Positions 8,661-18,766 of a stretch of DNA of 20,000 bases are shown in pieces. Origin of the DNA: Nitrospirota bacterium. Its GTDB lineage: Bacteria; JACPQY01. Below the pieces are notes generated by a model. That model saw nothing but the letters and a program-made list of their open reading frames with translations, did not search any database and was not told the DNA's origin. Location: positions 116,085 through 136,084 of the forward strand of contig JACPAV010000024.1 of assembly GCA_016180645.1 (NCBI GenBank), read 5' to 3'. How positions within the stretch are numbered: the stretch's first letter is position 1; each line of letters begins with the position of its first letter. Both the position numbers and the translations under genes were made by a program.

Positions 8661-8855
8661 TCAACTCCTCTCTTTGGTTTTTCCTGAGAAGATCCAGGCC
8701 GCGCCGATCAGGCCGACGGCCGTGAAGAGGCCGAGGCTCAGGAGACCGCTCGCGCCGTCGCGGGGGCAGAATGCGCCGCAGGCCCACGCCGTTCCGGCGT
8801 CCGCCAGAACGCCCGAAGCGGCGGCCCATGCCGTTGCTTTCACCATGAATTCCAT
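8661..8855 (-). CDS. Small membrane protein with signal-like N-terminus, ACGAFC motif and C-terminal TM helix
   Basis: AAGGAGG RBS upstream. AWA-CGAFC follows a hydrophobic leader, then a TM segment and basic tail. Confidence 0.55.
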   Translation of the reverse strand: MEFMVKATAWAAASGVLADAGTAWACGAFCPRDGASGLLSLGLFTAVGLIGAAWIFSGKTKERS

Positions 8856-8992
8856 CAGGTCACCTCCTTTTCAAGAAACCGAGTTTGCGAGGGTTGCAGA
8901 ACGCGTACACGACAACGGAAGCACCGCCGAAGACCATCCATGCCGGTTTTCTTCGGCGGCCATAGCCAAGGGACCGAAGCCGACGAACAGAA

Positions 8993-9580
8993 TCAGCCGC
9001 ATCCGCACGCACCGCCTCCGTCTTTCTTGGGAGGGTTCTCCGACCGTGGGGCACAGCATTCGGATACGTCGTTTGACGACCGTTCCGACGGCGCTTCGGT
9101 TTGGGACATAGCCTTTTGGACAACTTGTTTCACGTTGCCGAGGCAGCAAGCGCCTTGTGGATTAAGCTCTTCGCAGCGGTCCAACCCCTGACGGCATTTT
9201 TCGGCGATAGAGTCGAGCGCCCCGGATTTGCCCGTCCGCCGGACTTCCTCCTCGATGCTCCTAACGGTGTGCTCAAAGCAGTAGCAGACGGTCCTGGAAT
9301 CTCCCGTCGATTTCTGAAACACGGGAACCTTGATGTCCCGGGCAACGAACCGGATGCCGTCGGCTTCGTGGAAATAGACGATTTCGCAAGCTCCGCCCTT
9401 GCAGAACCGATAACCGCCGGAACCGTTGAGGCACTTTAATGCGGCCTTGGTGAGCAAGGAAACAAGAGTGATCGTCTTGACCTTCCGCCCTTGGGTCCCG
9501 CAGGCGGGACAACGGTCCGAGATCACCCGGGTCGGTTCCGAAACGGATCGGTGGGGCGCGGTGTCTTCAGGATTCTCCAT
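8993..9580 (-). CDS. Cys-rich CopZ N-terminal-like zinc/[2Fe-2S] metallochaperone family protein
   Basis: CPACG, YRFC-x4-C-x-IVYF, VPVFQK, VCYCF, RCEELNPQGACCLGNV, plus a tail with ECC and GACGCG. Confidence 0.8.
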   Translation of the reverse strand: MENPEDTAPHRSVSEPTRVISDRCPACGTQGRKVKTITLVSLLTKAALKCLNGSGGYRFCKGGACEIVYFHEADGIRFVARDIKVPVFQKSTGDSRTVCYCFEHTVRSIEEEVRRTGKSGALDSIAEKCRQGLDRCEELNPQGACCLGNVKQVVQKAMSQTEAPSERSSNDVSECCAPRSENPPKKDGGGACGCG

Positions 9581-9695
9581 GGCGATCCCCACTATTGTTC
9601 CGGCTCATGATCGAGAAGAAACCCAAGAGGAGAAGCATTCCGCCCCCCACGACGCAGCAAGCCAACCCTCCGCCGGACAGTGCTTCGAGATTCAT
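9567..9695 (-). CDS. 42-aa hydrophobic peptide with vicinal Cys pair (MerT/MerF-like helix or remnant)
   Basis: Translated by hand: MNLEALSGGGLACCVVGGGMLLLLGFFSIMSRNNSGDRHGES. Its stop overlaps the start of the next gene. Confidence 0.45.
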   Translation of the reverse strand: MNLEALSGGGLACCVVGGGMLLLLGFFSIMSRNNSGDRHGES

Positions 9696-9700
9696 GAGCG

Positions 9701-9850
9701 TTCACCCCCGCCCCTACCCTCGTCCTTCAAGGGGGAGGAGGTAGGCGCAGGCTTTATGCCTGCGTCTGAAGACGCACCCATAAAGGGTGCGGCTACCATC
9801 CCTTCCCCCCTTGCGGGGGAAGGGGAGGATGAGGGGTCCTGAACAGTTAC
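9701..9850. repeat. Nested REP-like palindromic elements downstream of merA
   Basis: A GTAG...CTAC doublet (9741-9796: GTAGGCGCAGGCTTTATGCCTGCG / CGCACCCATAAAGGGTGCGGCTAC) is flanked by C/G-rich hairpins (CCTCGTCCTTCAAGGGGGAGG; CCCTTCCCCCCTTGCGGGGGAAGGG). Confidence 0.7.
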
Positions 9851-9869
9851 CAAGATTCACGTCGGCCCC

Positions 9870-11297
9870 TCAACTTGCGCAACAGGAAAGCTTGGTTACG
9901 TCCCGCTTGAACGAGAGGGCCGCGATCTTGTAGACCTCCGAGAAGGTCGGGTAGGCGAAGGTCATCCGAAGAATGTCGCCCACGACCATCTTGTGCTGGA
10001 CGAGAAGCGTGCCGTAGTGGATGAGCTCCGCCGCCTGCGGTCCCGCGATGTGAACGCCCAGAATCCGATACGTCTTGGCATCCACGATGAGTTTCAAGAC
10101 CCCGCGGGTGTCGCGGATCGCGGCGGATTTCGGGACGTGCTCGAAGGAGATGAGTTTCGTTTCAATTTTGTGACCCGCGGTCCGGGCTTCCGCCTCTTTC
10201 CATCCCACGCCGGCGACCTGGGGTTCCGAGAATACCGCGTGGGGGACGGTCGAACCGTCCCACCTTTTCTTGTTCCCGCTGAGGGCGTTCTCCGCGGCGA
10301 CGCCGCCCTGCTGGGCGGAAACGGTGACCAACATCATCTTCCCCGTCACGTCTCCCGCCGCCCAGACGGCCTTGGCCGTCGTGCGAAGCATTTCATCCAC
10401 TTGGATGCCGCCGCGCTTGTCCGTCTCAATCCCCGCGCGATTCAGCTCCAGATCTCGCGAATTGGGAACGACGCCTGCGGCTACCAGGAGTTGTTCGCCG
10501 ATAAACTCCCGGGAGCCATCCGGCGTATTCGTCCGCAAAATCACACTGCGGGAATCTCTCGAGACACATTCCACCCTGCCACCCGTGTGAATCTCGATGC
10601 CTTCATCGGTCAGGCTCCGCGCCAGCTCGCCGGAGATTTCGGGTTCCTCATTGGGCACGATCCGGTCGAGCGCTTCAAGAATTGTCACCTTGGAACCGAA
10701 GCGGGCGAAGACCTGTCCGAGTTCGACGCCGATCGCCCCGCCGCCGATCACAAGGAGGGATTTGGGGAGGCGGTCCAGCTCCATCGCCTCCTTGTAAGTC
10801 AGGTATCCGACCCGGTCCAAACCGGGGATGGGGAGGATCTGGGGGGATGCCCCGGTTGCAATGATGAACCTGTCGGATGCGATTTTCCGTCCGCCTCCGT
10901 CGATTTCATGTTCGGAAACGAACTTTGCGGGACCCTTCAGCAGAGTGATGTTTTCGTACGCGCCGAGGAGATCTTCGTATTTGAGTTTTCGCATCTCGGT
11001 GACGAGTTCCGTTTTCTGTCGAATCACCTCGCGGAAATCCGCCGGCGCATCGCCCTTGGGGATGCCGGGGATGCCGTCGCGGGAGTACACGTGGTATCGC
11101 TCGGCGGCGTGGAGAAGGTTCTTGGAGGGAACACAGCCACGATTCACGCACGTGCCGCCGATGACGCCTTTCTCGATCAGCGCCACCCTGGCCCCGAGGT
11201 CGCTCGCGCGGATTCCCGCGGCGAACGCCGCCGATCCCCCTCCGATCACAACCAGATCGAATTCGCCCGATTTTCTTTCGCTTCCGAACAGTCCCAT
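9870..11297 (-). CDS. merA: Mercuric reductase (core only, no N-terminal NmerA domain)
   Basis: FAD motif DLVVIGGGSAA, redox pair GGTCVNRGCVPSK, NAD(P)H motif IGGGAIGVE, AYPTFSE, C-terminal KLSCCAS. Lies directly downstream of a merT-merP fusion. Confidence 0.88.
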   Translation of the reverse strand: MGLFGSERKSGEFDLVVIGGGSAAFAAGIRASDLGARVALIEKGVIGGTCVNRGCVPSKNLLHAAERYHVYSRDGIPGIPKGDAPADFREVIRQKTELVTEMRKLKYEDLLGAYENITLLKGPAKFVSEHEIDGGGRKIASDRFIIATGASPQILPIPGLDRVGYLTYKEAMELDRLPKSLLVIGGGAIGVELGQVFARFGSKVTILEALDRIVPNEEPEISGELARSLTDEGIEIHTGGRVECVSRDSRSVILRTNTPDGSREFIGEQLLVAAGVVPNSRDLELNRAGIETDKRGGIQVDEMLRTTAKAVWAAGDVTGKMMLVTVSAQQGGVAAENALSGNKKRWDGSTVPHAVFSEPQVAGVGWKEAEARTAGHKIETKLISFEHVPKSAAIRDTRGVLKLIVDAKTYRILGVHIAGPQAAELIHYGTLLVQHKMVVGDILRMTFAYPTFSEVYKIAALSFKRDVTKLSCCAS

Positions 11298-11308
11298 GTC
11301 CGTCTTCC

Positions 11309-11899
11309 TTAGCCCTGGGCGGGCAGCTCGGCCTTGTAGCCGGCTTCGTTGATCACCTGAACCATCCGCGGTGGCTGGACCTGATCCGGGTTGTACCGCA
11401 CCGTCACCGATTTTCCCCTCACGCTCACGTCCACATCGAAAATGCCCGGCAGCTTGGCCATTTCCTCCTTGATGTGGCTTGCGCACGATGAGCACGACAT
11501 GCCTTCAACGTGCAGGTTGGCCGTTCGGTAGCCGGCGGGCGCGATGGTTGCCTGCTCCGCGTTCGCCGAGGGGGCAGACGACCCATCAAGCAAGTTCGCG
11601 TAAACGGAACTGCCGATAAAGAAGGCCACGAACAGGCTTGCGGCCCCGAGCAGCTTGGGCGTGAATCTCTCGCCCTTGAAATCAGCCGCCAACGCGTAGG
11701 CCCGGCGTTTCTCGCGGTACCAAACGCCCCACGCGACGGACAACAGCACCACCGCGGCACCTTGAGAATACCAGTGGTATTTTCCGAGAATGCCGCCCGC
11801 GCCAATGCCGCCCAATCCCAGCATGATCAGGAGGAGCGGGACCGCGCAGCAGCTCGACGCGAACAGAGCCGAGAGAAGACCGAGGTTTCTTGCTTTCAT
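11309..11899 (-). CDS. merT: MerT-MerP-like fusion (mercuric transporter + C-terminal HMA domain)
   Basis: ASSCCAVPLLL in TM1, three TM helices, then HMA motif VEGMSCSSCA. AAAGGAG RBS. Confidence 0.85.
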   Translation of the reverse strand: MKARNLGLLSALFASSCCAVPLLLIMLGLGGIGAGGILGKYHWYSQGAAVVLLSVAWGVWYREKRRAYALAADFKGERFTPKLLGAASLFVAFFIGSSVYANLLDGSSAPSANAEQATIAPAGYRTANLHVEGMSCSSCASHIKEEMAKLPGIFDVDVSVRGKSVTVRYNPDQVQPPRMVQVINEAGYKAELPAQG

Positions 11900-11931
11900 G
11901 GTTTTTCTCCTTTCGTCATGGCCCTATAGAC

Positions 11932-11946
11932 GCAAGGACCGTACCA
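11932..11946 (-). promoter_or_regulatory. sigma54 (-24/-12) promoter of the mer operon
   Basis: Minus strand reads TGGTACGGTCCTTGC: GG-N10-GC, one mismatch to TGGCACG-N4-TTGC, about 30 nt upstream of the merT ATG. Confidence 0.85.
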
Positions 11947-11962
11947 GGACGAAGTGTCGAAA

Positions 11963-12034
11963 TAACAATGGGTTGTGGAGTATAGGCTTGAGAACAAACT
12001 GTTCAGTGATCGTTCACTAAACGGAGTGAACAGT
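11963..12034. promoter_or_regulatory. Candidate IHF site and enhancer (UAS) palindromes
   Basis: TAACAA-TGGG-TTG (11963-11975) is close to WATCAA-N4-TTR. ACTGTTCA (11998-12005) / TGAACAGT (12027-12034), and GTTCACT-N6-AGTGAAC (12012-12031). Confidence 0.55.
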
Positions 12035-12070
12035 CTTGACAATCCGTGAGTTGGCGTCCACTATTCTGGA

Positions 12071-13435
<1,365 letters not shown>

Positions 13436-13441
13436 AACTTG

Positions 13442-13464
13442 TGTGACGGAGTCTCGCCGTCACA
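13442..13464. terminator. Hairpin between convergent transcription units
   Basis: TGTGACGG-agtctcg-CCGTCACA just after the activator stop codon. Confidence 0.45.
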
Positions 13465-13562
13465 GCAACCTCAAGGAATCGTCCGCCGTTCCGCCTGCTT
13501 CCTTGAGTGGCACTTGAGAGTCTTGAGCAACGAGACCTCGGCCATACTTCTCCAGGACGGGG

Positions 13563-14612
13563 TCATTTGGAGACCCGTATCTCGCCCGACTTCAGTTGAT
13601 TCAGCTTCTCGACCATCTTTCCGGGTGGCACGAACGAAACGATTCGAAGGTCTTCGCGCTCCACGCCGGAAGCATCCAAGAAAAGGACGGTGGGCACGCC
13701 GTCCTCTTCAAACCGATCCTGCGCGTCGAGGCTGGCGGGGCTGGTATCGAGCGTGACATCGGCTTGCACCATGATGACTCCTTCGGCGGCCTTGTGGACC
13801 GCGGGATCGGTGAAGGTCCGCTTGTCCAGTTCCTTGCAGGGTAGACACCAATCGGCGTAGAAATCGATCAGGACAGGTTTGTCTTCAGCCTTTCCCCGAT
13901 CAAATACATCATTGCCGAAAACCATCTCCCCGGTCAACGGTTTGGCGAAATAGACCGCCATCCCCAGGAGAATGAATCCGAAGATCTTCTTGATCCAAAC
14001 CAGCCAGGGTCCTGAACGGGGCAGGGATTTCAGGCTTCCCGAAAATGTCCCCAATAGAAAATAGGGAACCCCCAATCCGAGCGAGAGGGTGAGAAACATG
14101 GAGAAGCCCGTGATAGGATCGCGAGTCTGACCGACGTAGAGAAGAAGACCGAGGACGAACGGCCCGATGCACGGGGCTGCCACGATCCCCACGGTCAGTC
14201 CCATCACGAGCGCCTGGACGGGCCCGGAATATCCCCGCCTCTTCGGCAACAGGAACGAGGGCACGCGCAGTTCATACAGGCCGAACTGGCTCAGGGCCAA
14301 CGCGATCATGAGAGTTGAAAACAGTCCCAGGACCCACGCTTTCTGGAGCAGCGATCCGAGCATTTTCCCGGACAGGGCGGCGCCGACTCCGATGGCGGAG
14401 TACGTGACGGCGATACCGAGCACATATAGAAGACTCAGCACCATCACCCGCGCGCGACGACTTTCCCCTTGTCCCGTGAAGTATCCGACCGTGATCGGAA
14501 TCAAAGGGTAGACGCAAGGCGTTAGGTTGAGCGCGAGGCCGCTGAGGAAGATGGCCCCGTACGTGAGGAAAACACCCCGATGAAGGAGCAACCCTGCGAT
14601 GTCTTGTTCCAT
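13563..14612 (-). CDS. dsbD: DsbD/CcdA-like thiol:disulfide interchange membrane protein with C-terminal thioredoxin domain
   Basis: LTPCVYPLIP, AAPCIGP, LPRSGPWL, DFYADWCLPCK, GVPT. No N-terminal alpha domain, and the TM block appears shortened. Confidence 0.82.
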   Translation of the reverse strand: MEQDIAGLLLHRGVFLTYGAIFLSGLALNLTPCVYPLIPITVGYFTGQGESRRARVMVLSLLYVLGIAVTYSAIGVGAALSGKMLGSLLQKAWVLGLFSTLMIALALSQFGLYELRVPSFLLPKRRGYSGPVQALVMGLTVGIVAAPCIGPFVLGLLLYVGQTRDPITGFSMFLTLSLGLGVPYFLLGTFSGSLKSLPRSGPWLVWIKKIFGFILLGMAVYFAKPLTGEMVFGNDVFDRGKAEDKPVLIDFYADWCLPCKELDKRTFTDPAVHKAAEGVIMVQADVTLDTSPASLDAQDRFEEDGVPTVLFLDASGVEREDLRIVSFVPPGKMVEKLNQLKSGEIRVSK

Positions 14613-14721
14613 CCATGACGTGTGTGAATCAGTGGCATGGATGAGCCGAACATTACCCTTCGGAAGAATGCTGACTCGTTCGAGAGCGAGAACCGCAGCC
14701 CCAAGGGTGACTGCGGTTCAA

Positions 14722-15207
14722 CTACCGGACTTCCACGGGGTTGTCATTCACGAACGTGTAGCGGGGCTCCTTCTCCCAAGCGGAGCCCTTCCGGACCGGA
14801 TGTTTGTGGATGCGGGTGTCGGTGACGACGAGCTTTCCGTCCTTGGGGTTGAGCCAGAAGTCCAGGTCGTAAAGCTTGGCCGTCTCGGCCCCGGCCGGGT
14901 GAAAATCCGTACAGGCAAAGTAGCCTTTGCCTTCGATCTTTCGAACCGGATCGTGGATCTTCACGAACTCCAGGGAGAGCGCCTCTTTGGTCTTGGAGTC
15001 GGTGATCTTGAAGACTCCGCCGGCTTTTTTGATTTCTCCCTGGATATGGCGGGTCATGACGGCCTTGATTTCCTCGGCGGTGAAACCTTCGGCTTTCTTG
15101 CCCGCGTGCTCGGCGCCGGCGTGCTCACCGGCAAGGACCGGCCCGTCCAAGCCGCAAAGCAACATCAAGACCGCGAGCGATGGGAATCGTTTTGTCATTC
15201 GTTTCAT
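14722..15207 (-). CDS. Exported hypothetical protein
   Basis: GAGGAGG RBS, signal peptide ending VLA, EHAG repeat, YFACTDF and YDLDFW motifs. Confidence 0.75.
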   Translation of the reverse strand: MKRMTKRFPSLAVLMLLCGLDGPVLAGEHAGAEHAGKKAEGFTAEEIKAVMTRHIQGEIKKAGGVFKITDSKTKEALSLEFVKIHDPVRKIEGKGYFACTDFHPAGAETAKLYDLDFWLNPKDGKLVVTDTRIHKHPVRKGSAWEKEPRYTFVNDNPVEVR

Positions 15208-15218
15208 CTCACACCTCC

Positions 15219-17483
15219 TCAATCATTCTTCTTCTTGCCGTCCAACAGTTCGGCCATCTTATCCGGGTCCGTGGTTGGGAAACGGCATACGTAATTCTCG
15301 CATACATAGGCCACGGCTTTGCCCTCGGAGCCTGTTTTCCCGGCCACCATGGGAAGGGTCTTGCCCAGTCGCTCGACCTCGTCCGGTTCAACCTGAATCA
15401 CCGACCGGTACGGCAGAAATCGATCGTAGACGTACCGCAGCATCCGCTTCGTCTCATCGTTCGATCGGTCCCCCACTATGACGATTTCCTGTTTGGGACT
15501 CAAGTATTGGTCGATGGCGATGAGAAGCTGTGGGAAGGCCGTTGGAGCGCGCTCGACCTGGTCCAGATAGGAGCCAAGAGCTTTTTCGACCTTTCCGCCA
15601 AGCTCGTCCTTGGATGCCAGATCGGCAAGACGAACGAGGTTTTGAAGGGCGACCGAGTTGCCCGCGGGGAGGGCATTGTCCTCCAAATCCTTCCCGCGGA
15701 CGATAAGCACCTCATGGTCCTTCGGCGTGTCAAAAAACCCTCCGCCTCTTTTGTCCCAGAAAAGATCCAGTGTTGCCTCGTTCCATGCAAGGGCCTGATG
15801 CAGCCATTGTTTGTCGAAGCAGGACTCGTACAGGTCGAGCAAGGCCATGACCATAAAAGCGTAATCCTCGAGGAAGCCGCGCGGCTCGGCCCGTCCATCC
15901 CGATAACTCCGCATCAGCCGGCCGTCCACCACCAGTTTCCGGGAAACGAACTCGGCGGCCTTCCGGGCGGCGTTCAGGTATTTCTCGTCTTGAAGAACCT
16001 GGTATCCAAACGCCATGGAGGAAATCATCAGGCCGTTCCATGCGGAGAGAACTTTGTCATCTTTGTGCGGCGGCGTCCGCCTGTAACGGGCTTCCAGAAG
16101 TGTTGCTCGTCCCCTGTCGATCGCCTCTTGAAGCCTTTGAGCGGAGATGTTGAGATCGCCCGCGACCTTATCCCGAGACTCCGGCACCGAGAGTACATTC
16201 CTACCGCCCTCGAAGTTGCCGCTGTCCGTGGCGCCGAAGTAGCGGGCCACCCATTCGCCCTGCTTGGTCCCGACGAGTTCCACCAGTTCCCGCCTGCTCC
16301 AGACGTAGTATTCCCCTTCCTTCCCAACTTCGCCTGCATCCTGCGCCGAATAAAAGCCGCCTTCGGGGTGCGTCATGTCCCGGATGACGTAATCCAGGAT
16401 TTCCCGCGCAATCCTGGCGAAATCCTCCCGGCGTGTGACTTGATACGCTTCCAAGTAGACACGGGCCAGGACGGCGTTGTCGTACAGCATTTTCTCGAAG
16501 TGGGGCACGAGCCAGTCCCGAACGGTGGAATACCGGTGAAATCCGCCTCCAACCTGATCGTACATCCCCCCTCGGGCCATTTGATCGAGCGTGTGAAGGG
16601 CCATGTTGAGCGTGTCCTTATCTCCGGTGTGGCGGTATTGCCGCAAGAGAAACGAATGGATCATTCCGCGCGGAAATTTCGGCCGGTTGCCGAATCCCCC
16701 GTAGGTCGAGTCATAACCGGAAGCAAAGGCGGAGACGGCGCCCTCGACGACCTTTCGACTGGCCTTCCGTTGCTTGGGCTCGTAAGACATGGACTGTTGA
16801 ATGAACTGGGAGACCCGTGAACCCTGTTTCTCGATTTCCGTTCTTTTGTCCTTCCACGCCTGGGCCACGCCCAGGAGAACCTGTTTGAACTGCTCCGGTG
16901 GAAAGTAGGTTCCACCATGGAAAGGCTTGCCGTCAGGCGTGATGAACGTGGACAACGGCCAGCCGCCGCTGCCGGTCATGCCGACGACGGCGGCCATATA
17001 TATATTGTCCACGTCGGGTCGTTCCTCGCGATCGACCTTGATCGACACGAAGCGCTGATTCATGATCCCGGCGATTTCGGGGTTGGAGAAACAGGTCTCC
17101 TCCATCACGTGGCACCAGTAGCAGGTGGAATACCCGATGCTGAGAAAAATCGGTTTATCTTCCTTCTTGGCCTTTGCGAAAGCCTCGTCGCCCCACGGGT
17201 ACCAGTCTACGGGGTTCATGGCGTGTTGAAGCAAGTAGGGACTTTTCTCCAGGGCGAGCCGGTTCCAGCCGTCTGGGATGACTCCGGACTTGGCCGATGT
17301 CAACCCACCCCTACCGGCCGTGGGAGTGGGTGGAGCCGGTCTGGACGATACCTTGGGCGTTTGGCCCGGACTTCCTCCAGCCGTTTCTCCCCCGACGGCA
17401 TCCGGCTTCCGGTTGCATCCCGAGAGAAGAGCAGCCACGGTCATGAGCGCGATGAGTGACGGCTTGTATGCCGCATGGATCAC
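15219..17483 (-). CDS. YyaL/SPATA20 (thioredoxin-like + alpha/alpha toroid) family protein with lipoprotein signal
   Basis: [72 protein letters not shown] start overlaps the upstream TGA. Lipobox LLSGC. Confidence 0.92.
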   Translation of the reverse strand: MIHAAYKPSLIALMTVAALLSGCNRKPDAVGGETAGGSPGQTPKVSSRPAPPTPTAGRGGLTSAKSGVIPDGWNRLALEKSPYLLQHAMNPVDWYPWGDEAFAKAKKEDKPIFLSIGYSTCYWCHVMEETCFSNPEIAGIMNQRFVSIKVDREERPDVDNIYMAAVVGMTGSGGWPLSTFITPDGKPFHGGTYFPPEQFKQVLLGVAQAWKDKRTEIEKQGSRVSQFIQQSMSYEPKQRKASRKVVEGAVSAFASGYDSTYGGFGNRPKFPRGMIHSFLLRQYRHTGDKDTLNMALHTLDQMARGGMYDQVGGGFHRYSTVRDWLVPHFEKMLYDNAVLARVYLEAYQVTRREDFARIAREILDYVIRDMTHPEGGFYSAQDAGEVGKEGEYYVWSRRELVELVGTKQGEWVARYFGATDSGNFEGGRNVLSVPESRDKVAGDLNISAQRLQEAIDRGRATLLEARYRRTPPHKDDKVLSAWNGLMISSMAFGYQVLQDEKYLNAARKAAEFVSRKLVVDGRLMRSYRDGRAEPRGFLEDYAFMVMALLDLYESCFDKQWLHQALAWNEATLDLFWDKRGGGFFDTPKDHEVLIVRGKDLEDNALPAGNSVALQNLVRLADLASKDELGGKVEKALGSYLDQVERAPTAFPQLLIAIDQYLSPKQEIVIVGDRSNDETKRMLRYVYDRFLPYRSVIQVEPDEVERLGKTLPMVAGKTGSEGKAVAYVCENYVCRFPTTDPDKMAELLDGKKKND

Positions 17484-18010
17484 GTTGCGAGACCCTCGCA
17501 ATTCATGTGCTTGAGCAGTTCCTTCTCGACGTACAATCCCTGCGCGCGGCCACGGAAGGACCACTTCAAACTCAAATCCTTGGCGAACAGAAATGCCGCC
17601 GGGAACATCGCTCCCTGGCCCTTCTCCCACACTCCCAGGCTCCAGCCCACCTCGCCTTTCGGATCCGCGACGACCCGGTAACGATCCCCGATGGCTTGTT
17701 GCAACTCACGGGCCCGTTCGGGTGGGTCCGGCGTGACAACCACGACCTCGGCCCCGCAGGAATCCAACTGAGCCTGGACTTTCCGGAACCGTTCGAGTTG
17801 CGTCCGGCACACGGGGCACCATGATCCCTTGATGGTGACGACGACAAGCGCGCCGGTGGAGGCAAGATCCATCGATGGGTGAACCGTGCCGTCCACGGAC
17901 TTCAATATGAGCGGCAGCCGGACATCCGCGGCTCGCCCCGCACCGGCGAAGGCGAAGGCAACCAGGAGCAAACCCGTCCGATGCCGTCGATGAGAGAAGA
18001 TCCGTCCCAT
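17480..18010 (-). CDS. Exported peroxiredoxin-like (AhpC/TSA, redoxin) protein
   Basis: Signal-like N-terminus, [26 protein letters not shown]. Confidence 0.8.
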   Translation of the reverse strand: MGRIFSHRRHRTGLLLVAFAFAGAGRAADVRLPLILKSVDGTVHPSMDLASTGALVVVTIKGSWCPVCRTQLERFRKVQAQLDSCGAEVVVVTPDPPERARELQQAIGDRYRVVADPKGEVGWSLGVWEKGQGAMFPAAFLFAKDLSLKWSFRGRAQGLYVEKELLKHMNCEGLAT

Positions 18011-18014
18011 GCGG

Positions 18015-18764
18015 CTACTCCAGCATGGCCACAATTTGCTTCGGGGAGGCGGATGAAACGAGCGTGTAGGCCAATCCGTCCTGGCGCCACATCACCACGT
18101 TGATACCGTTCTTGGAGTAGGAGTAGTACTCCGGCTCCGACTCGCGCATGGGCCTCCATTCCGGCAGGGACAGGCCCGGGTCTTCGAACACGTAAAGGGA
18201 GAGCGACGGACCCAATCCGCGGTAATGGAACAGCGCGGCGGCTTTGCTCATGAGCGTGCAGATCTTGCCTGACTCGACTCGCATCCCCCGGAGAGGCGGC
18301 GGTTCGATCCGAACTCCCAACTCGGCTTCCGCCTTCTTCACCAACTCCTCCGGGCCGGCGGCAACAATTTCCGTGGCCTGTGGAAGGTTCAATACGAACT
18401 CCCCGACGAGTTCCTCCGCCACGGTTACGCGTTTCCACCGGGTGATTCCCCAGACGCTCAATCCTCCCACCGAAAACGCCAGCAGGATCGAGGCCGCGAT
18501 GACCCAGGGTCCGGCGCGGAACCGCCATGAAGAACGATCCCCCCTGCCGGAGATCATCTGCTCCAAACGAATTCTCAGGCCCGCGGGAGCCGCCCCTGAA
18601 GCCAGACGTTTTCTGAACACATCCCGCCATTGATCTTCTTTGGAGATGTACTGCCGGCACAATCCGCACCGTTCGATGTGCTGTCGGGCGTGGAAGAGTT
18701 CGTCACTCGCGGGCGCGAGAGTGGGTTGTCCCAGAACCACCTCGCGCGCCCGTTCGCATGCCAT
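18015..18764 (-). CDS. Zinc-binding transmembrane anti-sigma factor
   Basis: MAC...HIERCGLC (HxxxCxxC), AP-x-GLR, one TM helix, periplasmic domain. Directly follows an ECF sigma gene. Confidence 0.85.
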   Translation of the reverse strand: MACERAREVVLGQPTLAPASDELFHARQHIERCGLCRQYISKEDQWRDVFRKRLASGAAPAGLRIRLEQMISGRGDRSSWRFRAGPWVIAASILLAFSVGGLSVWGITRWKRVTVAEELVGEFVLNLPQATEIVAAGPEELVKKAEAELGVRIEPPPLRGMRVESGKICTLMSKAAALFHYRGLGPSLSLYVFEDPGLSLPEWRPMRESEPEYYSYSKNGINVVMWRQDGLAYTLVSSASPKQIVAMLE

Positions 18765-18766
18765 AC

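Noticed and set aside
8860-8995. Sec readthrough of the TGA after GACGCG in the CopZ-like gene
   Set aside because: The extension has no recognisable domain, the TGA is not at a known catalytic Cys position, and the downstream hairpin is weak.
9870-11297. Dihydrolipoamide dehydrogenase instead of MerA
   Set aside because: It lacks the HPTxSE histidine, has the C-terminal CC pair, and follows a merT-merP gene.
11298-11495. 66-aa N-terminal extension of MerA in the ORF track
   Set aside because: It overlaps the merT-merP gene in another frame and has no HMA motif. The ATG at 11297 has a purine-rich RBS.
12036-12067. MerR-type long-spacer promoter (TTGACA-N20-TATTCT)
   Set aside because: It points away from the mer genes, the spacer has no dyad, the -10 would sit only 3 nt from the ATG, and no merR is present.
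13471-13545. 24-aa minus-strand ORF after dsbD with GGAGA RBS
   Set aside because: Too short and featureless to support. It could be another remnant but there is no positive evidence.
15180-16820. Long plus-strand ORFs (546 aa here; also 9993-11312 and 1710-2516)
   Set aside because: Antisense shadows of well-supported minus-strand genes in GC-rich DNA, with no motifs.
17484-17630. N-terminal extension of the YyaL-like ORF (and likewise 18765-18920 of the anti-sigma)
   Set aside because: These overlap upstream genes. Internal starts coupled to the upstream stops fit better.
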